From positions 32,001 to 96,000 of IMG/VR virus record IMGVR_UViG_2706796752_000001: a DNA stretch of 64,000 nt; one strand, written 5' to 3'. This DNA is from a virus (taxonomy: Duplodnaviria; Caudoviricetes). The notes under the pieces were generated by a model. It was given only the letters and a program-made list of their open reading frames with translations, was not told the DNA's origin and did not search any database. Shown here one piece after another: positions 56,752-64,000 of the stretch. A program made the position numbers and the translations under genes. Each line of letters begins with the position of its first letter. Positions within the stretch are counted from its first letter, which is position 1.

Positions 56752-57059
56752 TGCAAAATCGAATTACAGATTACATTGATGGGATGATAGAGGCTAAGTT
56801 AAACAACGATGGTCATACTATGTTGCAGCTGCAAAAACAGTACGCAAATATGAATGTAAGTGTAACCGATGTAGGAGATGCAATTGTAGACTCACTAGAA
56901 GGTGTAATACAGCACGTAGACGCAATCCAAGCTATTATGGAAGCGCGTATGCGAGTGATTGTCAGTCACCTTGAACCAGCAACAATGTTAAACATCATAG
57001 ATGAATTAGAAGAATATGGAGACCACTTCATAAAATCAAACAAAGAGGAGATTAAATAA
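56751..57059 (+). CDS. Hypothetical protein
   Basis: TAATG coupling to dUTPase. Confidence 0.7.
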   Translation: MQNRITDYIDGMIEAKLNNDGHTMLQLQKQYANMNVSVTDVGDAIVDSLEGVIQHVDAIQAIMEARMRVIVSHLEPATMLNIIDELEEYGDHFIKSNKEEIK

Positions 57060-57060
57060 C

Positions 57061-57501
57061 ATGACTAAAAACCAAAAGGCACTTACAAAAGCAGAACTAA
57101 CAGCAGCGGTAAATACACTAGAGGGTAAGATGGTTAACTTAGAGCCAAAGACAGCTAGTGTTGAAGAATTAAAAGTATATCTAGACTTCATCACTACAGG
57201 TGAATTACAAGAAGAGAAGCATGCAGACTTTATCCAAGCTTTCGCTAATAAAGCAGCTACAGTAGCAGATTCAACATTATTAGCTCGATATGCATTCTCA
57301 CAAATCTTAGGTGAATTTGATAAGCAGCTACAACGTACAATGCGTACAGTACACGTTCTAGAAGAAATTGCAGTTAAGCTAGGCGCTACACAAGAAATGT
57401 TTGATGAAGTAGCTGAGGCTCACGATAAGAAAGTTGAGGAGCTAACAAAAGCACAAGCAGAAGAAATCATTAAACAACAATCGGAAACAGCAGGGGCGTA
57501 A
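57061..57501 (+). CDS. Hypothetical helical protein
   Basis: SD GAGGAG. Confidence 0.75.
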   Translation: MTKNQKALTKAELTAAVNTLEGKMVNLEPKTASVEELKVYLDFITTGELQEEKHADFIQAFANKAATVADSTLLARYAFSQILGEFDKQLQRTMRTVHVLEEIAVKLGATQEMFDEVAEAHDKKVEELTKAQAEEIIKQQSETAGA

Positions 57502-57528
57502 GCCTCTCTTCCTTTTAGGAGGCGTATA

Positions 57529-57906
57529 ATGAGAGATATTACATGTAAACATACGAACGCGGTAGAGGATGGGTACTTCCAATGTTATCACTGTGAAGAT
57601 TGTCAGTCATATATAGAAGTACATGACATGGTGTTCGATATCAGAGCTACTATGCACGATGAGGAAGACCCGAGGATTAAACTAGATGTTACAGAAGAAG
57701 ATTACGTAGATAAGAAATGGCTAGGTCTTCATATACAACAGAGTAACTTTGTTGATGGTGATGAAGATTGCTATATTAATCTATCTGAAGACCAAGTACT
57801 TGAACTGCATGAACTGTTAGGTAAGTTCATTCATAACAGAAACATGGAGATAATCAAGCAAGGCAAGGAAGAGTATAAAGCATCGTTAGAGGAGTGGGTT
57901 AAGTAA
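57529..57906 (+). CDS. Hypothetical protein with N-terminal Cys/His cluster
   Basis: CKH...CYHCEDC; SD AGGAGG. Confidence 0.7.
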   Translation: MRDITCKHTNAVEDGYFQCYHCEDCQSYIEVHDMVFDIRATMHDEEDPRIKLDVTEEDYVDKKWLGLHIQQSNFVDGDEDCYINLSEDQVLELHELLGKFIHNRNMEIIKQGKEEYKASLEEWVK

Positions 57907-58469
57907 TGGCTAGTCAAGGTAGAGGTGCAAGAAATAAAGGTTCGGGTTTTGAGCTTAAGATGGCAAAAGAACTAACAGCGTGGTCAGGTGAAAACGTACA
58001 ACGTGTACCGCAGTCAGGTGCTGGAGGATTTCGTTTCGGTTCTGATATGCGTATGAATGGAGATATCACATTCCCTGTAGGAAGTGGGAACGTATTCGTG
58101 CATGAATGCAAGAAACAGGAAGGTGTAGAAGTTAAGGATGTCTTCATGAGCGGTGGTAAGATTAAGTCTTACTGGGAGCAAGTAGTTACAGATGCTAGAC
58201 GTTGTGCAGATATCAAACTCGTTCCGTGTCTTATCTGGTCTAAAAACCGTGATAAAGTCTACTTCATTATGCCGTATGTAGAAGAAGTGTATAATGAATT
58301 AGCTGGTAAATTCCCAGTATCAAGGCAGCTAATAAAATTCCTAGATATACGAGAAGAAGAGCAACAATTCGATACGTTAATGACTACTATTGAAGGATTC
58401 ACTTCTTTCGATAAAAATGTTATCTGGGATTACTACCGAGGTATCGACTGGGATGTGTTAAACAAATAG
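57906..58469 (+). CDS. Holliday junction resolvase (PD-(D/E)XK, Hjc-like)
   Basis: KGSGFE, RVPQSGA, GDI, HECKK motifs. Confidence 0.85.
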   Translation: MASQGRGARNKGSGFELKMAKELTAWSGENVQRVPQSGAGGFRFGSDMRMNGDITFPVGSGNVFVHECKKQEGVEVKDVFMSGGKIKSYWEQVVTDARRCADIKLVPCLIWSKNRDKVYFIMPYVEEVYNELAGKFPVSRQLIKFLDIREEEQQFDTLMTTIEGFTSFDKNVIWDYYRGIDWDVLNK

Positions 58470-58484
58470 AGAGGAGGTTCGATA

Positions 58485-58670
58485 ATGGATGGCAGAGAAG
58501 TTCTAAAGGGTATGTTAATCAACAATGACACCATTAAACATCAAGGTATTGAGAAAGTTGAACTTGAATTTAATAAAGACGGTTCAATTCTATCAGTATT
58601 CGTAAAACGTAGACCAGAGAAATGCGGATGGTCAGATAAATTATCACTTGACGCATGGAAGTTAATCTGA
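58485..58670 (+). CDS. Hypothetical protein
   Basis: SD GGAGG; 61 aa. Confidence 0.6.
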   Translation: MDGREVLKGMLINNDTIKHQGIEKVELEFNKDGSILSVFVKRRPEKCGWSDKLSLDAWKLI

Positions 58671-58676
58671 TATATT
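58648..58676 (+). promoter_or_regulatory. Sigma-A-type promoter for RNR alpha
   Basis: TTGACG-17-TATATT with extended TG. Confidence 0.7.
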
Positions 58677-58708
58677 ATAAGTCTAGACAAAATAAAGGGA
58701 GAGATTGC

Positions 58709-61063
58709 ATGGACACACTAAAGCAGACAGAAAAGAAAGTAACAATGATTACGAAGAATCGAGGCACATACATTCAAAGTAAAGAGTTTGATGAGCAACG
58801 CTTCGTAAAATTTGTAGATAGCATCATTGAAGTAACAAAAGATTTAGAGAAGATTGATAGTATTGAGTTACAAGAAATTACGGATGCGGTAATCTCGTTC
58901 ATCAAAGCTAAGAAGACAGTCGAGGCGGACCGATTATTTAGTTACCTAATCCGAGAGACACAATCTCGTGTAACGAAAGAGAATCTTCCTCTATTAAACT
59001 TCGTAGCAGCAGTAGATTTACGAGCTAAGTATAAAGGTGTTTCTAAGTTGCGTGGATTCGATTATCGTGAAGGATATGGAGATTATGCATCTCACGTACT
59101 AGCAATGGTTGAGCGTGGATTATATGATTCTTCATTACTAGAAGACTATACGCGTGATGAACTAGAAGAAGCAGGTGCAATGATTGACCCATCGAAAGAT
59201 GTTAACTTTAGTTATGCTGGTCTATCTGCACTAAAAGAAACTTATCTAGTGCATAACAAAGATAAGAATTTAGTAGAGTTGCCGCAGGAACGATTATTAA
59301 CATCCGTGTTATACCTGATGCGATTAGAACCGAAAGAGAAGCGTATGGCACGCGTTCTTCAAGGTTATCTTGCATTAGCTAATCATATGGTAGGACAAGC
59401 TACCCCGACGTTAAAGAACTCAGGTCGACCACATGGTTCGTTATCATCTTGTCACATCGTAACAATGGATGACGATTTAGATAACATCTTTGATGTATTA
59501 AAACAAGTAGCGTTATTCTCTAAAAATGGTTCTGGTCTAGGAGTGTACGGTGGATTCTTACGAGCTCGAGGTTCACGTATCCGTGGCGTTAAAGTAGCAA
59601 ACAATGGTATTATCCATCCAGCAGGTATGCTATCTCGATTAGCTGAGTACGTTGACCAAACAGGAACACGTAAAGCAGGTATCGCTCTTTATCTACCAAT
59701 CTGGCATGCGGATGTCATGGAGTTCTTGGAGTTACGATTAAAAACTGGTACACAAGAAAAACGTGCACAATCGATTACGACAGGCTTATGTATTCCTGAT
59801 GAGTTTATGCGTCGTTTAGATAAAGTACAACCAGTAACATTATTCGACCCACGTGAAGTACGTCAACGTTTAGGAGTAGACCTTAACTTACAGTACGATA
59901 AGAAATTGCTGCAAGATGGAGAAGAGCCTAACATTCATGACCATGCTTTCACTTACTGGTATCGTAAAGCGGAACAGTTAAAAGATTTAGAGATTAAAGA
60001 AGTACTGGACATTCGTCAAGTGTACAAGAAGATTCGTTCATCTCGTATGACTACAGGTACGCCTTACATGTACTACAGCGATACAAGTGCTCGTATGAAT
60101 CCTAATGGTCATGCAGGTATGCCACTCGGCTCAAACTTATGTACAGAAATCATTCATAACATGTCTTATGACAAGTTGATACAGAATGAAGATAACGAGT
60201 TAGGTCAAGTAATCTATAAAGTTGAAGCAGGAGACTTAGTAACTTGTAATCTATCATCTCAAGTAATGCACAATGTAGCACACTTATCTGATGAGGAGTA
60301 TGAGGCGCTTACAGAGATTCAAATGCGTATGTTAGATAACGTAATTGACCAAGGTCGTTTATCTGTTGGACAGGCACGAGTTACAAATAACAAATACCGC
60401 GCAGTTGGTGCAGGACTTTTAGGAACTGTAACACATCTAACTAACGAAGGCATTCCATGGGAGTCTACGAAAGCAACGGAAGAAATCGAACGATTCCACA
60501 AACGTTATCTAAAAGCAATTATTAAAGCTTCATACAAGATTGCATTAGAGAAAGGTTCGTATCCACTATATGAGGGCTCTGACTGGCAGACAGGCGCGTT
60601 CTTCGACAAACGAGGATTCGTAGGTGAGGAATGGGAAGAGTACCGTAAGATGGCAGCTACGGCGTTTAGATTCGGTTATGTAAAAGCGACAGCTCCGACA
60701 GCTACAAACAGTATCATCATGAATGGTTCACCTGCTGAAGACCCATTATACGATGTACTGTATACGGAAGTTAAATCAGGTATTACTGTTCTAGTAGCTC
60801 CGCCAAACTATAACAATAAAACAAAATGGTTATACAAATCCGGTTTCGACATGGATGAGGGTTGGGCGTTAAAACACGTAGCAACAGCTCAACGTTATGT
60901 AGACCAAGCGATTTCACATAACATGCATATCAGTGAAAATACACCACCATCAGAACTACGTCGACTAGACTTAATGTCTTGGAAACTAGGAATGAAAACA
61001 GTGTATTACACGCACACAGAGGACCGTGAGCGACCAGCTGATTGCCCAATGTGCCAAGGTTAA
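58709..61063 (+). CDS. nrdE: Ribonucleotide reductase class I alpha subunit
   Basis: ATPTL, LSSC, SNLCTEI, TCNL, APTA, KTVYY, C-terminal CPMC; start at 58709 after AAGGGAG; nrdE rather than nrdA inferred from the adjacent flavodoxin. Confidence 0.9.
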   Translation: MDTLKQTEKKVTMITKNRGTYIQSKEFDEQRFVKFVDSIIEVTKDLEKIDSIELQEITDAVISFIKAKKTVEADRLFSYLIRETQSRVTKENLPLLNFVAAVDLRAKYKGVSKLRGFDYREGYGDYASHVLAMVERGLYDSSLLEDYTRDELEEAGAMIDPSKDVNFSYAGLSALKETYLVHNKDKNLVELPQERLLTSVLYLMRLEPKEKRMARVLQGYLALANHMVGQATPTLKNSGRPHGSLSSCHIVTMDDDLDNIFDVLKQVALFSKNGSGLGVYGGFLRARGSRIRGVKVANNGIIHPAGMLSRLAEYVDQTGTRKAGIALYLPIWHADVMEFLELRLKTGTQEKRAQSITTGLCIPDEFMRRLDKVQPVTLFDPREVRQRLGVDLNLQYDKKLLQDGEEPNIHDHAFTYWYRKAEQLKDLEIKEVLDIRQVYKKIRSSRMTTGTPYMYYSDTSARMNPNGHAGMPLGSNLCTEIIHNMSYDKLIQNEDNELGQVIYKVEAGDLVTCNLSSQVMHNVAHLSDEEYEALTEIQMRMLDNVIDQGRLSVGQARVTNNKYRAVGAGLLGTVTHLTNEGIPWESTKATEEIERFHKRYLKAIIKASYKIALEKGSYPLYEGSDWQTGAFFDKRGFVGEEWEEYRKMAATAFRFGYVKATAPTATNSIIMNGSPAEDPLYDVLYTEVKSGITVLVAPPNYNNKTKWLYKSGFDMDEGWALKHVATAQRYVDQAISHNMHISENTPPSELRRLDLMSWKLGMKTVYYTHTEDRERPADCPMCQG

Positions 61064-61123
61064 ACAAGAAGAGTGGATTTAGGTTCACTCTTTCGCTATA
61101 TTAATATAGAAGGGAGAGATTAC

Positions 61124-61414
61124 ATGTATAAATCTATTATTGAGGTTATCAATATTTATATCCAACGAGGGTATAAGCTAGAGTATACGAATGGTTCTAC
61201 GTTTGCGGTATTTAATATGAATGGTTTCTATCACTTAGCGGTAGACATCTTGAATGGCGAACCAATGTATTATTACTCAGCAACAGTTTATATTACAGAA
61301 GAGAACCCAGAAGGAAAACGAATGTTTATGTGTAAAGACTTCGAGGATATGGACCGACAGATTCGTCCTTTTGAGGATATAACTTCTTTAGAAAAAGATG
61401 TTGACAAAGATTAA
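61124..61414 (+). CDS. Hypothetical protein inserted between RNR subunit genes
   Basis: ATG after AAGGGAG; preceded by hairpin 61069-61093 and CGCTATATTA. Confidence 0.7.
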   Translation: MYKSIIEVINIYIQRGYKLEYTNGSTFAVFNMNGFYHLAVDILNGEPMYYYSATVYITEENPEGKRMFMCKDFEDMDRQIRPFEDITSLEKDVDKD

Positions 61415-61429
61415 TAGATAGTGTATAGT
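61401..61429 (+). promoter_or_regulatory. Sigma-A-type promoter
   Basis: TTGACA-17-TATAGT. Confidence 0.75.
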
Positions 61430-61464
61430 AGGTATTGTAGCGAAAGCTATGGTACCTATTTTTT
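61429..61464 (+). terminator. Terminator overlapping the predicted transcription start
   Basis: TAGGTATTGTAGC-GAAA-GCTATGGTACCTA plus T6. Confidence 0.75.
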
Positions 61465-61482
61465 ATTTAAGGAGGAGAATAC

Positions 61483-61788
61483 ATGTCTATTAGAAAAGTA
61501 GATTTAGACAATGGTAAATATACCATTCGTTTTAACGAGAGCACTGGAGCGTTAAGTGTCTTACGACATGGAGAGCAATGGTCAGAGGAGACTGGTAGTA
61601 AGTTCATCTTATCTGTACTTCATCGTATTGAAGAATTACAAGATAAAGAGAAAAAGCTACAAGAGAAAATTAATACAATGTACAGCTTACTAGATGATGC
61701 ACATACAATAATGGGTGATTCCCATTGTGATGACAATGATGTGTACTCGGAAGTTAGCGATTTCTTATATAAATTCAACAAAGAATAG
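61483..61788 (+). CDS. Hypothetical protein
   Basis: SD AAGGAGG. Confidence 0.75.
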   Translation: MSIRKVDLDNGKYTIRFNESTGALSVLRHGEQWSEETGSKFILSVLHRIEELQDKEKKLQEKINTMYSLLDDAHTIMGDSHCDDNDVYSEVSDFLYKFNKE

Positions 61789-61799
61789 GAGACGATTTA

Positions 61800-62909
61800 A
61801 TGTTCAACACTGTAACAGAAGAAAAACCTTTTAGACTTTACAACCCAGCAGCACCTAACCGAGCAACGCGTATCTTTGGTGGCGTAGCGAATGGTATCCG
61901 AAATTGGGACGACCAGTTAGTAGATAAGTGGATGGACTTCCAGAAAGCATTATACGGTGAGTATTGGATTCCAGAAGAAGTTCGTATGGGTAAAGACATC
62001 GAGCAATACAAATTAGTATTAACAGAGGATGAGAAAATCGTATACGAGCGTGTATCCGGTATGCTCAACTGGTTAGATTCAATGGCTAGTGATATCGTAA
62101 CGATGTTATTCATGACGACATCTGACCCAGCGTTACGTTCTGTGTTAACACTAATTGCATCGTTTGAAACAACGCATAACATCTCATACGAGCACATGAC
62201 GAGCTCAGTTATCAGTTTCGAGCGTAAGCAGCAGTACTTCGCTAAAGTACAAGAGTTACCATTGTTGGCTAAACGTAACAGCCATATTATCGCGCAGCTA
62301 GAAGATATGTGTGACCTGTTCCGTGACAAGCTGTCGAAAAACGAACCTATTACATTCACAGAAGAGGAAATTCTACGAATCTTTAAAGGATTAGTGGCTT
62401 ACCAGATTCTAGAGGGACTATACTTCTCTGGTGGATTCGTGTACTTCCACTCATTAGCACGAGATAACAAAATGATTGAGTCCAACAATATGATTAACTT
62501 AATCAAAGCTGATGAGAACCAACATAGTGAGGTATTCGGTTTCGTTATTCAAATCCTAATTAAAGAGAATCCATTCTTAAATACAAAAGAGAATATGGAT
62601 TGGGCTTTGTCATTCATTCAAACGGCAGTAGAGCTAGAGAAAGATTGGACAGAGTGGTTATACAAAGATATTGACACAATGTCAATCGATGAGTACCACA
62701 ACTACGCCGAGTATCTAGCAAACTTAATTTGCCGCAATGCAGGTATGCAGGAGCCATTCCCAGACAATGGTGAGTTACGAGCTAAATGGATTGTAACGTA
62801 TGGTTCTAAGATGTCTGGTAGCAACGAGATTGCATCTAAGGTAGATTTCCTACAGGGTAACGCTATCGGATACAAACACAAGTCAGAAGAGGAAGAGATG
62901 GACTTCTAA
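61800..62909 (+). CDS. nrdF: Ribonucleotide reductase beta subunit
   Basis: YWIPEE, LD, ETTH..SY (radical Tyr), LEGLYFSGGF, DENQH metal ligands. Confidence 0.9.
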   Translation: MFNTVTEEKPFRLYNPAAPNRATRIFGGVANGIRNWDDQLVDKWMDFQKALYGEYWIPEEVRMGKDIEQYKLVLTEDEKIVYERVSGMLNWLDSMASDIVTMLFMTTSDPALRSVLTLIASFETTHNISYEHMTSSVISFERKQQYFAKVQELPLLAKRNSHIIAQLEDMCDLFRDKLSKNEPITFTEEEILRIFKGLVAYQILEGLYFSGGFVYFHSLARDNKMIESNNMINLIKADENQHSEVFGFVIQILIKENPFLNTKENMDWALSFIQTAVELEKDWTEWLYKDIDTMSIDEYHNYAEYLANLICRNAGMQEPFPDNGELRAKWIVTYGSKMSGSNEIASKVDFLQGNAIGYKHKSEEEEMDF

Positions 62910-63388
62910 TGAAGTCTACTCTCTTTTACTACTCTTTAAAAGGTAATACGGTAGGAATATTATCTGAGTTAAGAGAAGAAGAGTTTACGCACATTATAGA
63001 TTTAGGATATGATGGTATAACGAAAAGCTTAGTACGAGACTTGATTAAAGAGTCTACTATAATTGTACTGGCAGTACCGACTTATTATCCATCATATCAA
63101 GAGAAACCAGACTTTCCTAAATTTCTACGAAAATATGAAAAAGAACTCTTGCAAATTAGAGATAAACATGTTATAGTAGTAGGTAGTGGTAGAAGTGAGT
63201 ACAAACATTTCTGTGGCTCAGTAGATTTCTTCAGACAACACTATGTTAAAGCAAACTATGTGAAGACATTTAAGTTTGAAGGATATCCTAGAGCGAAAGA
63301 GATATCTCAGTTTACTAGATTATATAGAGAAGAGGTAAAGGAGGTTACCAATGGCAAAGGTACACAAAGTCTTAATGTACGTGACTGA
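62909..63388 (+). CDS. Flavodoxin (NrdI-like)
   Basis: YYSLKGNT, VPTY, VGSG..EY.HFC flavodoxin motifs; follows the beta subunit. Confidence 0.8.
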   Translation: MKSTLFYYSLKGNTVGILSELREEEFTHIIDLGYDGITKSLVRDLIKESTIIVLAVPTYYPSYQEKPDFPKFLRKYEKELLQIRDKHVIVVGSGRSEYKHFCGSVDFFRQHYVKANYVKTFKFEGYPRAKEISQFTRLYREEVKEVTNGKGTQSLNVRD

Positions 63389-63590
63389 TTACGAAGAGTT
63401 CAGTGCAGAGCAAGTAGCTCAAGAAATAAAACGAACGTTACAACGCTCAGAGTTCTCAGTTCTAATAGAGCGTCATGAGGAGTCACCGCCGTTCGAGTGG
63501 GACGATGACCTTAAGATTAACTACGCAGACGAGACAGCAGAAGACTACGAAAACATTATGAAGGGGAGACCAGAATATGACAGAACATAA
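63351..63590 (+). CDS. Hypothetical protein
   Basis: SD AAGGAGGT. Confidence 0.7.
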   Translation: MAKVHKVLMYVTDYEEFSAEQVAQEIKRTLQRSEFSVLIERHEESPPFEWDDDLKINYADETAEDYENIMKGRPEYDRT

Positions 63591-63978
63591 ATTTACAGAA
63601 GTAGAGGCAGCACGCGTAATGAAAATCGTAGTAGGTGATAAAGCAGGTGCTTTCCCTATGGAAGACGAAATCTTGATGACATCTATCCTTAACGATGTAT
63701 TAACGAAAGATACAGTGAACGAGACGAAGGATGTAATCACAAAGACAGAAGAGATTCTGCGACGTTTACATGTAGCGCTGCAAGAAAAGAAACTAGCTAA
63801 TAAAGTTAAAGAAGAAGTGGACAAGCTTGTAGACGCTATTAACACGTTGTATCCGGAAGAGTCACGTCACTATCGTGTAGATGCAGTACGTAAAGCCGGA
63901 TTCAAAACCGCCGAGTTTAAAGTCCATAAGCATGACATTCTAGTTAATCAATTCAAGAAATATCTGGAGGTAAAATAA
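63577..63978 (+). CDS. Hypothetical protein
   Basis: SD AAGGGGAG; 133 aa. Confidence 0.7.
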   Translation: MTEHKFTEVEAARVMKIVVGDKAGAFPMEDEILMTSILNDVLTKDTVNETKDVITKTEEILRRLHVALQEKKLANKVKEEVDKLVDAINTLYPEESRHYRVDAVRKAGFKTAEFKVHKHDILVNQFKKYLEVK

Positions 63979-64000
63979 TGAAAAAGTTAATCAAATTATA
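63978..64000 (+). CDS. 5' end of the next gene (MKKLIKL...), truncated by the window
   Basis: GGAGG SD and TAATG coupling. Confidence 0.5.

Noticed and set aside
1-64000. tRNA genes, CRISPR arrays, stop-codon reassignment
   Set aside because: No cloverleaf or regularly spaced repeats seen in the short intergenic gaps; all three stop codons end genes normally.

Overview
A 64-kb segment of a large lytic myovirus genome of a Firmicutes host, most likely a Bacillus phage of the Herelleviridae (SPO1/K/A511/Bastille-like). The assignment rests on gene order and protein motifs, not a database search. All credible genes are on the + strand. About 1.5-43.3 kb is the virion morphogenesis module: portal, prohead protease, acidic scaffold-like protein, major capsid, neck, sheath, tube, tail chaperones, tape measure with glucosaminidase domain, NlpC/P60 hub, fibres and baseplate. 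About 43.4-64 kb is the replication and nucleotide module: SF2 helicase, two HTH/Rep-like proteins, DnaB-like helicase, SbcD/SbcC, primase, dUTPase, resolvase, ribonucleotide reductase alpha/beta and flavodoxin. Sigma-A-type promoters, a -35-less TG(C/T)TATATTA late-type motif and many intrinsic terminators are visible. I saw no tRNA, CRISPR array, intron or intein. Most notable observations: (1) a ~250-nt densely structured non-coding region starting at the capsid stop codon, with alternative pairings; (2) a secreted YocH-like 3D-domain cell-wall enzyme gene preceded by three perfectly phased WalR-type half-sites; (3) a copy of the mature capsid N-terminus, with its Lys/Ser cleavage site, inside the prohead protease; (4) a likely +1 (UUU_CGA) tail-chaperone frameshift; (5) a dUTPase with a ~110-aa insertion and a catalytic Asp-to-Glu change; (6) an in-frame stop and an apparent lost stop in small tail-fibre accessory genes.
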